Source: an uncultured delta proteobacterium
GTDB lineage: Bacteria; Desulfobacterota; WTBG01; CAIYCZ01; CAIRTM01
Assembly (NCBI GenBank): GCA_963804955.1
Contig: CAWDSQ010000005.1
Location: 64,001-128,000, forward strand
Direction of reading: 5' to 3'
DNA length: 64,000 nt
Positions 1-10,433 of the stretch are shown piece after piece. Position 1 is the stretch's first letter; every line of letters begins with the position of its first letter. A program made the position numbers and the translations under genes. A model generated the notes under the pieces. The model made no database searches. It was given only the letters and a program-made list of their open reading frames with translations, and had not been told where the DNA came from.

Positions 1-136
1 AGGGTGCGCCGTGCGCACCAATGACGGCTGTGGCGTGGGTTATTGTGTTGCTATGTCAACGGTACACAAAATCCGGTTGCAGGGGTGATTGTGTATTTTG
101 ATTGACGTGATTATCGGTGCGCAGGGCGCACCCTAC
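1..136. repeat. GTAG-type REP inverted pair (REPIN-like), truncated by the window edge
   Basis: AGGGTGCGCCGTGCGCACC (1-19) matches the reverse complement of GGTGCGCAGGGCGCACCCTAC (116-136) with 1 mismatch; each arm is itself palindromic. Confidence 0.7.
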
Positions 137-228
137 GGATTAATTTGGGACAACAGCCACTAATTTATGAGCACCCCGCTTCAGTTTAATAACCTGCCGG
201 ATCAAAATGCGGGCAGACAGACTGCTGC

Positions 229-257
229 TTGACATACTTTAAAAGGTATAGTACATT
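229..257 (+). promoter_or_regulatory. Sigma70-type promoter of the toxin-antitoxin operon
   Basis: TTGACA (229-234), 17 bp spacer, TACATT (252-257); ATG at 264. Confidence 0.5.
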
Positions 258-263
258 TATAGT

Positions 264-545
264 ATGTGGGAGATATATGAACATCACACGCTTGTACGAA
301 AAATACCGAGAATCCCTTTGGAGGTCTTGAAGCGGTACGAAAAGTGGAAGGACATTGTGCTCATTTCGGGCCCTGAAGGCCTGAGGCATATCAAAGGCTT
401 TCATGATGAGGCCCTGAAGGGACAATGGACAGGCTTCCGATCTTCACGGCTGGGGCTTCAATACAGGCTTATTTATAAGATAGAAAGCAGGAAGCTCTAC
501 GTCCGGGTTTTGGATATTAATGCTCATGACTACAGGAAAACATAA
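264..545 (+). CDS. higB: RelE/HigB-family mRNA interferase toxin
   Basis: 93 aa basic protein with HDEALKGQWTGFRSSRLGLQYRLIY (RelE/YoeB/YafQ-type pattern); lies upstream of an HTH antitoxin. Confidence 0.8.
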   Translation: MWEIYEHHTLVRKIPRIPLEVLKRYEKWKDIVLISGPEGLRHIKGFHDEALKGQWTGFRSSRLGLQYRLIYKIESRKLYVRVLDINAHDYRKT

Positions 546-546
546 A

Positions 547-807
547 ATGAAAAATTACCGAAGGGCCAGAAAAACTGTTGATGTTTCCGTGGGGGAATCG
601 GTGCGCATCATACGGGAACTGCAGGAGCTCAGCCAGAACAGACTGGCCGAACTTACCGGCATACCGCAGTCGACGATTTCAGCCATTGAAAACGACCGCA
701 TTCAACTGGGAATTGAACGGGCGAAGGTTCTTGCCACTGCACTGAAATGCCATCCTGCCGTGCTTGTATTCCCGGGCTGGGAGATCAAGCAGCAGACGGC
801 AGCCTGA
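547..807 (+). CDS. higA: XRE-family HTH antitoxin (HigA-like)
   Basis: LSQNRLAELTGIPQSTISAIEN HTH_3 motif; ATG 1 nt after the toxin stop; toxin-first order. Confidence 0.8.
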   Translation: MKNYRRARKTVDVSVGESVRIIRELQELSQNRLAELTGIPQSTISAIENDRIQLGIERAKVLATALKCHPAVLVFPGWEIKQQTAA

Positions 808-991
808 GGCTTATTGCAGGGCGTTAGAGCAAAGGGATCAGAGCTGTTTATAGTGCCACCTCACCCTAACTCTCCCCCCCCCTTCGCTGTGCTCACAGCC
901 GGCCATCAGCCTTGACACACGCTCACCCTTCAATTAAATACTAAAGCAGGGGCGCAACAGGTGACGGCAGCCACTTTTTAGGAGAAAAAAA

Positions 992-1342
992 ATGAACTGC
1001 GACAGATGCGGATGCCTGATTAAACAGGATCAGGAAATGAAATATGCGGGAAAGATTTTGTGCGAGGATTGCTATATGGATGTGCTCTCGCCGGCTAAAA
1101 CCTGTGATCCCTGGGCTGTGTATATTGCAAAATCATTTTCTGAAAAGCAATCCGCCTTAACTGAACTTCAAAAGGATATTTTAAAAATAGCCGGGGAGAC
1201 ACAAGGAGTGGAGCTGGAAGCTTTGGCACATAAGCTCAATATAAAGACGGGTGATTTAGAGAGAGAAATTGCCACCTTGCGGCATATGGAAAAAATACGG
1301 GCAGCCATGAAAGATGGCAGGAAAGTAATTTGCCTGTGGTAG
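992..1342 (+). CDS. Hypothetical protein, N-terminal CxxC...CxxC zinc finger and C-terminal winged-HTH-like region
   Basis: CDRC and CEDC pairs; LAHKLNIKTGDLEREIATLRHMEKI helix pattern; AGGAG RBS. Confidence 0.7.
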   Translation: MNCDRCGCLIKQDQEMKYAGKILCEDCYMDVLSPAKTCDPWAVYIAKSFSEKQSALTELQKDILKIAGETQGVELEALAHKLNIKTGDLEREIATLRHMEKIRAAMKDGRKVICLW

Positions 1343-1449
1343 CTGAAGGATAGCCGAAGGTGATTTTGCTTTTCAAAAATTAATCAGCCACGATGAAGAG
1401 CGGAGGGGTTTCCTGAATCAAAAAAACACTGCCGCGCAGCTGCAAAGCC

Positions 1450-1989
1450 TTAGACGCCCGGAGGCAGCTTCAGCATTCGTTTCCGGAGATTGAGCGTCCG
1501 GCCATCGACAATAAAAGTTCCATCGCCATTGGCGTGAAATGTACGGCGTTCCTTCCTCGCGGTATCAATCCAGGCGTGAACTGCTTCCAAAACGAAGATG
1601 CTGTATGTGTCAATGTAGTCCTTGACTCTGCATTCGATATTTGCAAGACACTCCGCAATAAGAGGAGCTTTGACCGATTTTGCCTTGACCGGCGTTAAGT
1701 CGAAAGCTTTGAATTTATCGGTGTCCGAGCCGGAACAACTGCCGATGTCAACCGCCCTGGCAGCAAGATCAATTGCGGGAATGGCAAGCACGCATTCTTT
1801 TTTTGTGCTCAGCGCGTTAAAGGTATAATCCCAGGGGCCTATGACGCAGGCGATCTGCGGAGAGAAGTCCAGGACCATATGCCAGGTCAAAGTCATGATG
1901 TTTTTTTTTCTGCCGGAAGCGGTTGTCACGAGAACAACGGGCCCGGGCTCTATCAGCTGAAAAGCTTTATGCAGGGGGAGCTCTTCCAT
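1450..1989 (-). CDS. Flavin reductase-like (split-barrel, DIM6/NTAB family) protein
   Basis: Real start MEELPL at 1989; PGPVVLVTT, NIMTLTW, GSCSGSDTDKF, APLIAECLANIECRV. Confidence 0.85.
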   Translation of the reverse strand: MEELPLHKAFQLIEPGPVVLVTTASGRKKNIMTLTWHMVLDFSPQIACVIGPWDYTFNALSTKKECVLAIPAIDLAARAVDIGSCSGSDTDKFKAFDLTPVKAKSVKAPLIAECLANIECRVKDYIDTYSIFVLEAVHAWIDTARKERRTFHANGDGTFIVDGRTLNLRKRMLKLPPGV

Positions 1990-2310
1990 TTCAAAAGCCT
2001 TTCGCTTTACAATTAGAAAAAAAGCCTCACAGGATCGGAGGCGATTCTCAGATGCTCGTGATACGGCCCCGCTTTGATATGGGCAAAATATAGGATGGGC
2101 GCGTCCGGGTGTCAAGAGTGTAAAGATTGGGGGCGGGTCTACGTTTGACTGAGGCTGTCGATACAGGCCGCTGGCGGCTTCATCTGAGCGCCGCCCGCTT
2201 GAGGAGCAATTTCTTTGACACCGCAGGCCGGCATAGCCTATACTGACCCCTGCAAACACAAACTGGCATACGGCAATACCGCTCCGGATGTGAGGAAAGG
2301 AACAACCGCC

Positions 2311-3168
2311 ATGGACTATTTCAAGGGAACCGAGGACTATGTAATCTCGCCGGAGCTGCGCGACAGCGTTAATGTCTCCATTGCCCTTGGCCGGCCCCTG
2401 GTGGTTAAAGGCGAGCCGGGCACGGGCAAGACCCTGCTTGCCCGGGCCATTGCCACGGGCCTGCAGAAGCAGCTGTTTGTCTGGAATATCAAGTCGACCA
2501 CCAAGGCCCAGGAAGGGCTGTATATGTATGATACGGTCAAGCGGCTCAATGACGCCCGGTTCGGCGACCGCGATATTTCTGACATTAAGCCCTATATAAA
2601 ACTCGGCAAGCTCGGCGAGGCTTTTGCATCGCCTGAGCAGGTGGTGCTCATTATCGATGAAATCGACAAGGCGGATTTGGAGTTCCCCAATGACCTTTTG
2701 AATGAGCTTGACGAGATGAGCTTCCATATCCCCGAGACCGGGGAGACCATCAAGGCCAGACACCGCCCCATTGTCATCATTACGTCAAACAGCGAAAAGG
2801 AGCTGCCCGACCCGTTTCTGCGGCGCTGCATTTTTCACTATATCGAATTCCCCGGCGAGCAGCTCATGGCCGAGATCATCGCTGTGCATTTTCCCGACCT
2901 TGAGACAAAGCTGCTGCGGGAGGCGCTCAAGAAATTCTACTGGATACGCCGCTTTGACATGCTGCGCAAAAAGCCATCGACCAGCGAGCTCATCGACTGG
3001 CTGCAGGCCCTGATCATCGCGGGCATACCTGCAGCGCTGATCGAAAAAGAGCTGCCTTTTGCGGGCACGCTTCTCAAGAAAAAAGAAGACGCGGACCTTG
3101 TGGCCGGCAAGGCGGGCAGGGCCCACTATGCCTATTCAACCAGCACGAAGTCGCGGCGTGTTTCTTAA
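2311..3168 (+). CDS. MoxR-family AAA+ ATPase (CoxD-like)
   Basis: Walker A GEPGTGKT, Walker B IIDEIDKAD, ITSNSEKELPDPFLRRC; AGGAAAGGA RBS before ATG 2311. Confidence 0.9.
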   Translation: MDYFKGTEDYVISPELRDSVNVSIALGRPLVVKGEPGTGKTLLARAIATGLQKQLFVWNIKSTTKAQEGLYMYDTVKRLNDARFGDRDISDIKPYIKLGKLGEAFASPEQVVLIIDEIDKADLEFPNDLLNELDEMSFHIPETGETIKARHRPIVIITSNSEKELPDPFLRRCIFHYIEFPGEQLMAEIIAVHFPDLETKLLREALKKFYWIRRFDMLRKKPSTSELIDWLQALIIAGIPAALIEKELPFAGTLLKKKEDADLVAGKAGRAHYAYSTSTKSRRVS

Positions 3169-4364
3169 TTTCTTCCTCAATCTCAGGTCAAAGGGCGTGC
3201 CCGTTACGCTGCACGAGTGGATGACCCTGCACAGCGCCCTTGCCCTCAATCTGAGCAACGTGCAGCCTGACGCATTTCTACCATATAGCCCGCTCCATAC
3301 TCGTGAAAAGCGAGATCTATTTCGACCGCTATGACATGGCGTTTCTGGACACGTTTTCCGGCATCGAGACAACCGACGAGCTGCTTGACCGGGTGCTTGC
3401 CTGCCTGCGCCAGACGCGCGACCTTCAGCTGACGGACCAGGAGAAGAAAGAGCTGGCCGAGCTTGACCTCGACCAGGTGCTGAAAAATTTCGAGCGCCAA
3501 CTGCTTGAGCAGAGAAACGACAAAGACTATTCCAGCGACAATGGCGGCAACCGGGCCATCGGCACCAGCGGCACCTCGACGCAGGGCGCCTGGGGCTATA
3601 ACCCGGCGGGCATCCGCATCGGCCAGGGCATATCGCGCAACCGGCGCGCTGTGCAGGTTGCCGAGCGCCGGGCATTTAAAAACTACGCCAGCGACCGTAC
3701 TTTGGACATACGGCAGATGAAGGTGGCGCTCTCTCACCTGCGCTCGCTGCTGCCCGCGGGCCAGGGAGACAAGCTCGATGTGGGGGCCACGATCGACGCC
3801 ACGTGCAGAAACGCGGGCGAGCTTGAGCTTGTCTGGGAAGAGAAAGTCAAAAAAGGCTCCAAGGTGATTTTATTCATGGATGTGGGCGGCTCCATGACCC
3901 CGTACTCGCAGCTGGTCGATCAGCTGTTCTCGGCAGCCGCGGCCCAGATAAGCCGGTTCCGCCACTTTTATTTCCACAACTGCATCTACCAGGACCTGCG
4001 CACCGACATGGAGGGCGACAGCACCATCCCGACCCTTGATTTCCTGAAAGCCGTCGAGCCGGACTACAAGGTCATAGTTGTCGGTGATGCCGAGATGGCG
4101 CCCTCGGAGCTGACCTGGGTCAACGGCGCTGTGGACTACTGGTATCACAATGACACGCCCGGCATAGTCTGGCTGCAGCGGCTGCGCGCGACCTTCCCCG
4201 ACATCATCTGGCTCAACCCGCTCCGCCGCGGCAGGTGGGACGCGGTGAAATCGGTGCGCATGGTGCGCGATATTTTTCCCATGTTCGAGCTGACCCTTGA
4301 AGGGCTGGATGACGGAATAAAGTATCTCATTCAGGGCAAAGCGCGCCTGCACCGGGCGGTATAG
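3158..4364 (+). CDS. VWA-domain protein (CoxE-like partner of MoxR), one frameshift near 3260
   Basis: N-terminus (M)FLNFFLNLRSKGVPVTLHEW in one frame, rest in ORF 3303-4364 with MIDAS-like MDVGGSM, YFHNCIY, VVGDAEMAPSEL, WLNP. Confidence 0.85.
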
Positions 4365-4428
4365 GCACCGAGAGAGGAAGGGGGGGCGGATTTTTTCTCA
4401 GGAAGAAGCTCGCATCGCAGGCAGGTAC

Positions 4429-5208
4429 CTACTGCAGTACTGTTGTCCGGCCAATGGGAAACTGGGCCTGCTGCGTCGGGGCGGCGTCGCCTGTTGCCAT
4501 CAAGGACAGGGGATAGCCATATACCGCACCTTGTTTGCCGATGCTCTCCAGATAGAAATAGACAGGCCACCAGTGGCGCTCCGAGCCGGCAAGCGATGCA
4601 GGGGCAAGGGCTGTCACATCAAAGTTGTGGGCATTTTTCAGAGCGCCGTTGGTTGATGGCACAGGATCATCGGTGTTGATATAGGCTTCGGCAAAATCAG
4701 CGCCCGGGCCGAAGCGCCGCTTCCCGTAGGTCCAGTCTATAAAGCCGTTGCCGGAAAACGGGTCAAGAAATGTGAGATGAATGAGGGCGGCGCCTGAGCC
4801 TTGTTTACGATAGGCATCACAGGCTCCCTGAATAACGAAGGCGCCCACGCTGTGCCCCACAAGCTGGATGCGCTCATAGCTGTAATCTGCCGAGGAAAGC
4901 GTTTCACCGATATAGCTTCCGATTTCAAGCCCTGCCTTTGATGCCGATGTCTTGCTCCCGGCAGAGGTGCTCCAGTCATAGGCAACCAGGTCCCACAGCT
5001 CTCTGCTGGCAATGGTTGTATCAATCTTCTGAATGACATCTGCAGGCCAGTCAGCGGCTGTGTCGCCGCTGCCGTGCACGACCAGCAGCAGATACCGTGC
5101 GCCTTCAGTTTGCGGCGGCAGGTGCTGGGGCGTTATATTGCTGCATGAGCAGACAAAAGCCAGCAGCAGAACGATCAGTTTGACAGCATGTTTTTTTAAG
5201 CGGCGCAT
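4429..5208 (-). CDS. Alpha/beta-hydrolase (lipase-like) lipoprotein
   Basis: Signal peptide with lipobox-like FVCSC; VVHG oxyanion motif; GHSVG nucleophile elbow; LTFLDP. Confidence 0.75.
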   Translation of the reverse strand: MRRLKKHAVKLIVLLLAFVCSCSNITPQHLPPQTEGARYLLLVVHGSGDTAADWPADVIQKIDTTIASRELWDLVAYDWSTSAGSKTSASKAGLEIGSYIGETLSSADYSYERIQLVGHSVGAFVIQGACDAYRKQGSGAALIHLTFLDPFSGNGFIDWTYGKRRFGPGADFAEAYINTDDPVPSTNGALKNAHNFDVTALAPASLAGSERHWWPVYFYLESIGKQGAVYGYPLSLMATGDAAPTQQAQFPIGRTTVLQ

Positions 5209-5325
5209 AAAAACCCTATGTCTTAGCAGGGATTGATGCAGCGGGAGCCCTTATAACGGCCCCTTATTAATCCTTCGGCGGCACCCGGCATCTGCTGCCT
5301 GCAGCCGCGAGGCCTGCCATCCTGT

Positions 5326-6195
5326 TCAGCGGATAGCTCCCGGGCCTTCCTTCTGAATAATGGTGCGGAGCGATTCCCCCGGCCGGGCTCTGCGCAGCCT
5401 GGCTATGGCATTTCTCAGGAGCGCCAGCACCCGCTCCTTTGTGGTAAAATTTTCAATCATAACGGCAATGGCAGGATGGTGCCCGCCGCCGCCGCCGGCA
5501 ATAACGCGCCATGCCCGCTCATGCACAGCGAGCCTGCCTGTGGGGCAGTCCCGTGCGCACAGCTCGCACTGCACGCATGTTGTCCGGTCGATCACAGGCC
5601 CGTCTTCGGTCAATTGAATGGCCTTTTCAAGGCACATTTTAAGGCATTCTCCGCACTGCGTGCACGGGCTGTCCATGATGTCGACCCGGTGCTGCATGAT
5701 GATGCCGAAATCCTTCATGTAGGGGCTGACGCAGCAGTTGGGGCAGCCCGTCATCCCGATGTTAAACCGGCTGGCGCCATGCAGGGCTCCGGGTGTCAGG
5801 TCAGCCATAATATCGGTAAGCCCTTCCTCCTCCATGACGGACTTCAGGGACCGCATCATGTCCTTCAGGGCGCTGCGCACAAGAGGGCTGTTCTCGCCGT
5901 ACTTGGTAAAGCAGGTATCAATAAAGTAGAGCGCCTTATCATCACTGAAAAAAAGTTCGTCTTCCATCTCGGGCATGGGCCCGGTGCCGGCAAGGAAAGC
6001 CCTGAGCTGTTCGGTTTTTTCCCTGCCCATAAAATCGGCATACACTTTTTCGGTTTCCTGAACCACGCCGGCAGTAACACAATCGAGCCCCCTGTGGCGC
6101 GCAATTTTTTCAGCATGCAGGCGCGCATACGATGTCATGACAGGAGGTATCGGCAGCAATTCAGCCGTTTTTTCAGCAGCAGTGTCCCATTTCAT
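5326..6195 (-). CDS. Nitrite/sulfite reductase 4Fe-4S-domain protein with 2x[4Fe-4S] ferredoxin insert and N-terminal PCP_red-like domain
   Basis: FNIGMTGCPNCC..PYMKDFGI; CTQCGECLKMC and CVQCELCARDCP; N-terminus MKWDTAAEK..LPIPP..ARLHAEKIARHRGLDCVT. Confidence 0.75.
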   Translation of the reverse strand: MKWDTAAEKTAELLPIPPVMTSYARLHAEKIARHRGLDCVTAGVVQETEKVYADFMGREKTEQLRAFLAGTGPMPEMEDELFFSDDKALYFIDTCFTKYGENSPLVRSALKDMMRSLKSVMEEEGLTDIMADLTPGALHGASRFNIGMTGCPNCCVSPYMKDFGIIMQHRVDIMDSPCTQCGECLKMCLEKAIQLTEDGPVIDRTTCVQCELCARDCPTGRLAVHERAWRVIAGGGGGHHPAIAVMIENFTTKERVLALLRNAIARLRRARPGESLRTIIQKEGPGAIR

Positions 6196-6332
6196 AGAAA
6201 TCTCCTTTCGCTATGTGCAGAACGAGCCCGGAGGGCGCATCTCTCTCTGTTTCATCAGCGGCAGGAACCAAAGAGTCAGCGGATTTCCGGGCATGAACAA
6301 CCGGGGGACTTTATTCCCGGATTATGCAGCAC

Positions 6333-7590
6333 TTATTGCAACTCCGGCACAAACAGACCTTTTGCTTTTCGGGCGGCTGCCGCAGGTTCATAAAACGAGT
6401 ATTTCCGCACCGCCTGAATGAGCCGCAAGCGGTTGGCGCCGGCGATGGAGCCGCCGGGCCGGTTCAGCATGGCCGTTGCCGTTTCGTCAGGCTTGAAACT
6501 GCCTGTTTCAAGATAGGCTGCATACCCGAGCGCGTCGAGGCTGAACACCTGCGCCTCAAGCAGCGACTCGAGCAGTTCGGAGCCCCCGTCTGCGGACGGC
6601 CGCATTTCAATCAGCCCTTTGGACTGCATTTCCTGCAGCACTGCTTCCGCCGTGCCGCTTCTGCAGATAATATCATTCCAGCCCCATTCTTCCGACATGG
6701 TTTTGCCGAAGGTGACATCGGAAAGCCTCGCGGTATATGACGGATAGCACAGCAGGCAGCCCGGGTTAAGGGCAGAAAAGTTCATATTGCCGTCGGGTAT
6801 TTCCTTGACCGTGCCGTCGAGCAGCTCAACCGAGGGTATGCCCCGCGCGTAAAAAAACCGCTTGATGTCTTCTTCACGAAGGCCGAGCCGCTGCAGCTGC
6901 TGGTCCACACCCGTATAGCTGTTGGCAAAGAAGCAGTTGAGGCCGATGAGAAAGGATATATTGCCGGTCAGCTCCCGGCACCGCTCCTGCGCGACTGACC
7001 CGTGCCGGGCAAGATACTGCGCCTTGCGCAGGGCTTCGATATGACAGGAGGTGCCGACTACGGCAATGCTTGCGCCTGCTACCGGGAGCTGCGAGAGAAG
7101 CGGGTTGACGGTCGGTTTGGTAAAAGCGCAGGCAAGTATGTCGTCTGAGGACCGCGCGATCCGCGGCTTTGCATGGGCGCAATAGAAGCAGCCATGTGTT
7201 TTATCAGTGAGCAGGGCAGCATCGATCCGTCCGGTCTCAAACAGATAGGTCAAAAATGCGGTTGTCGCACCGCCCCAGTACGAGCGGCTGCGGATTGCAT
7301 CACTGCACGCCCGCCCCAGACTATCCGGCGTGAAGAACCCGAGCAGGCTGTCGTGATGCGGCGCCCCGTTTTTTTGTGCGGCTTCTGCTTCAATGGCCGT
7401 GTAGGGCATCTGAACCCTGGGGCACATCTCCAGGCATATCCCGCATTCCGTGCAGCTTTCCGACACCGCAGGAAGGTGAGTGGTCATGCAGGCTCACGGC
7501 TCCGACCGGACAGGCGGCAACGCACATTCCGCATCCGCTGCACGCTTTACTTTCGACAACAGCTGCGATATTCTCCATATGAATGCTCAT
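6333..7590 (-). CDS. FrhB/FdhB-family (F420 hydrogenase beta-like; HCAR/BciB family) Fe-S flavoprotein, frameshift near 7490
   Basis: N-terminal CSGCGMCVAACP (ORF 7390-7590) joins CTECGICLEMCP; GGATTAFL, IAVVGTSCHIEALRK, IGLNC, GCLLC, DVTFG. Confidence 0.8.
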
Positions 7591-7655
7591 AATGCATAAG
7601 CGGGAAAAAGTAAAGAACTCTTAGAGGCAGTCCACTTCAAGAAAGGGGATTGAAC

Positions 7656-8340
7656 ATGCGCGCAGACACGATATATGCACTCCTTCACGAAAAACTGGGA
7701 ATAAAAAAGCACATTATCGCCCTGAAGCTTGCACGGCAGGAACCGGCTGCCATCGAAAAATACGCCGACATGAACAATATCTGCTACATGATGGCGGAAG
7801 TTCTGGAAGAAAACAAGGTGTTTTATACGACGCTGGAAAACCATGTGTGCCTGCTTGGCTGCGCTGCTACGGGCCTTGATCCGGCGCTGTCCCTGATGAG
7901 CGATGACGAGCGGGCAGAGAGCGACCAGTTCCACACGGCATCGATCAACATATTTCCCGACGGAGGAAATTCAGCAGCGGGCGGAGGCGCAGGCAGATGC
8001 GCTTTTCCCCAAATATTCCGGTGTCTACAAGGCGGTTATTATCGGCAGGCTCGGCTCTGTGGAAGACCCTGACGCGCTTATCCTGTTCGGTACGCCGGAG
8101 CAGGTTCACCATCTGACCCGGGCATACTGTTATGCAACCGGGAATATTATCAGGGGTTTTGCCGGCATGGGTGTCTGCAGAATGCTGTTGCCGCTTGCCT
8201 GCATAGACGGGGAGCCCGCCTTCAGCATCAGCGACCGGGCATGGCGCAGGGCGTTTAGTCTTGCCCCTGATGAGCTCACCCTTGTTACGCCGCCGGAGAA
8301 GCTTGAAATCATGCTGGAGTACCTGGAGCAGTCCTGGTAG
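7656..8340 (+). CDS. DUF169-family protein, frameshift near 7955
   Basis: LGIKKHIIALK, NICYMM, HVCLLGCAATGL, then DPDALILFGTPEQ, GVC, RRAFSLAPDELTL; paralog of 12347-13060. Confidence 0.75.
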
Positions 8341-8365
8341 CTGCAGGGATGCTGTGCAGAAAAAA

Positions 8366-8392
8366 ATAAAAAGGGCGCCAACACCCTTTTAT
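8366..8392. terminator. Possible bidirectional terminator between convergent genes
   Basis: AAAAGGG-cgccaaca-CCCTTTT hairpin with A/T flanks. Confidence 0.35.
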
Positions 8393-8431
8393 CCCGTCTG
8401 TATCCCGTCATGCGCCCCCTCCACACGGAGC

Positions 8432-8740
8432 CTACTTCACCAGCTGCATGATGGATTCCCGGCCTGACCCTTCCACAAAAAGATCTTTTGGCGCCTGACT
8501 GACAAATTTTTTCCAGCGGGCATCAGCCTCTATTTTCATCAGGGTTTTTTCAAGTGCTGCCAGGCCTTTGAAATCACCGACCCAGAATACTTTTTCCACG
8601 GAGCTGAAGACCCCTGTGAAAACCTGGAAACGGGCAGTGCTGTCGATTTTTTTGGCCAGAGCCGCGGCGTCTTTGGCAAACCTGACAGCTTCTGCTTTCA
8701 TCGTGCGCTTAAACTGCCGTGATCTCTCAAAGCGAATCAT
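8432..8740 (-). CDS. Hypothetical protein, NIPSNAP/dimeric alpha-beta barrel-like
   Basis: 102 aa from MIRFERS; GGAGG RBS; VFWVGDFKGLAALEK..ADARW pattern. Confidence 0.6.
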   Translation of the reverse strand: MIRFERSRQFKRTMKAEAVRFAKDAAALAKKIDSTARFQVFTGVFSSVEKVFWVGDFKGLAALEKTLMKIEADARWKKFVSQAPKDLFVEGSGRESIMQLVK

Positions 8741-8952
8741 AAGGCTCCCTCCTTTCAATTTGTTTTTTCGGGATAGCTGCATGCATACAATATAGACCAT
8801 GCGCTCCGGATATTCAACAGCCTGCGGGCAGGCCGGGCACATAAAGTGCAGGAAAGCGTTGAAAAGAAGGTGCGCAGCCTGGTTTGCTGTGCTGCAGACC
8901 CGGCTTGCGCCTGATGCACTTGCGGCAGCATCTCTCTGGTTGCGTCTCTGCA

Positions 8953-9384
8953 TCACCCGGTGGTAACGCCGCTACTGGTTGCAATCGGGATGCGCAGGGA
9001 GTTGCATTCAGGATTGCCAACCACGTGATCGACGACCCCGTCGAAGGCCTTTTCGTTGAGGCCCCGCTGCCGGGCAATGCAGCGTACCGAATTCAAAATG
9101 TCGCTGCGGCTGGTGAGGCGCTCGGCAACGGCTTCAACAATAACCGCCGTATAGCGGGAATAGCTGCGGTCTGAGTCGCAGATTTTGAAGGCGACCTTCT
9201 GGCTGCTGTGTATGCAGCGGGCCATTCTGCCGCCGGGCCGGGAGCCGCAGTGTATAGAGTCTCCATCAAAGCCGTAGGAAAGCTCAACGGCATAGGGCCT
9301 GCCGCCGGGCTCGACGCCGATGAGCGTTCCCCAGGTATAGTGCTTGATGAATTCTATGATTTCCTCGCGGGTCATATGACGCAT
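8953..9384 (-). CDS. Pyridoxamine 5'-phosphate oxidase-like (NimA-type) split-barrel protein
   Basis: MTREEIIEFI, WGTL, GRPYAVELSYGF, GGRM, VAFKICD; paralog of 15677-16114. Confidence 0.8.
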   Translation of the reverse strand: MRHMTREEIIEFIKHYTWGTLIGVEPGGRPYAVELSYGFDGDSIHCGSRPGGRMARCIHSSQKVAFKICDSDRSYSRYTAVIVEAVAERLTSRSDILNSVRCIARQRGLNEKAFDGVVDHVVGNPECNSLRIPIATSSGVTTG

Positions 9385-9489
9385 TGTACAAACTCCTTCC
9401 TTCACAGGGCCATTAATCTGTAGTATACAAAATGGGCGCGCATGCCTGCCGGCTTGCGCGCCTGTCAGCAAACGTGGTACGAGCAATCA

Positions 9490-10432
9490 ATGAAAGCAAT
9501 CGTTCTTGCAGCCGGGTACGGCACGCGCATGCAGCCGCTGTCCCATTACCTGCCAAAACCACTCATGCCCGTGGTGGGCCGCCCCATGCTGTGGCATATT
9601 ATCACGAAGCTTAGCCGCAGTAAAGCCGCCGCCGTGGGAGTGAACTGCCACCACATGGCCGACCGCGTGCAGGCCTATGCCCTCTCGGCCGGCTTCGGCC
9701 TGCCGGTAACGGTTTCCCATGAGCCCGTCATACGCGGGAGCGGCGGCGGCATAGAAGGCTTTCGCGCCTTTCTGGCAGGCGAAGACTATTTTCTTGTGCA
9801 TAACGGCGATATGCTCAGCAGCATCGATATCGCTGCCGCGCATGAAGCTTACCTGCGCGACAAGCCCCTCTGCGCCATGGTGCTGCATGACGCGCCGGGC
9901 TTCAACAATGTGAGCGTCGACAGCCGGGGCCGCATCATCGATATGCGCGACATGCTCAAGCCCGGCAATGTATCCCGCAGGCTTGCCTACAGCGGCATCT
10001 GTTTTCTGAGCACCGATATACTGCGCTTTATTCCGGCCGGGGAGTCAGACCTTGTGCTGATTCTTCTTGAAATTATTAAACGCGAGGCCGCCGCGGTTCA
10101 GGCCATCATCGCGCAGCAGTGCGCCTGGAGCGATGTGGGCAGCCCGGCAAGCTATCTGGCCGCGCACCGCGACATACTTATCGGCCGGCAGCCCCTTATC
10201 GAAGCGGCATGCATGCCCGGGGCAGCGGTCTATGCGGGAAGTGGCACGCGGATCGGCAGCAGCGCTGACCTTGACGGTTTTGTGTCAGCCGGTGACGGCT
10301 GCAGAATTGACAGCGGCTGCAGCCTTAAAAACTGCATTGTCTGGGACGGTGCGCAGATCACCGGCAGGCGCGATATTTAAAAATACCATTATCGGCCCGG
10401 GCTGGTCCGTGCAGGTGCAGGAGGCGCTTTGA
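9490..10432 (+). CDS. murU: MurU-like sugar-phosphate nucleotidyltransferase; probable frameshift near the 3' end (~10365)
   Basis: MKAIVLAAGYGTRMQPLS..LPKPLMPV, NGD, WSDVGSP; adjacent to an AmgK-like kinase. Confidence 0.75.
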
Positions 10433-10433
10433 T

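Noticed and set aside
1990..2763. N-terminal 258 aa of the 437-aa minus-strand ORF
   Set aside because: Antisense shadow of the MoxR gene; only 1450-1989 has flavin reductase motifs.
2311..4364. Mg/Co chelatase subunits (BchI/BchD or CobS/CobT)
   Set aside because: The motifs (DEIDKAD, ITSNSEKELPDPFLRRC, YFHNC) fit the MoxR/CoxE-like type, and there is no large chelatase subunit.
5326..6195. dsrA/dsrB or asrC call
   Set aside because: Too short, incomplete Cx5C motif, and no dsr/asr neighbours.
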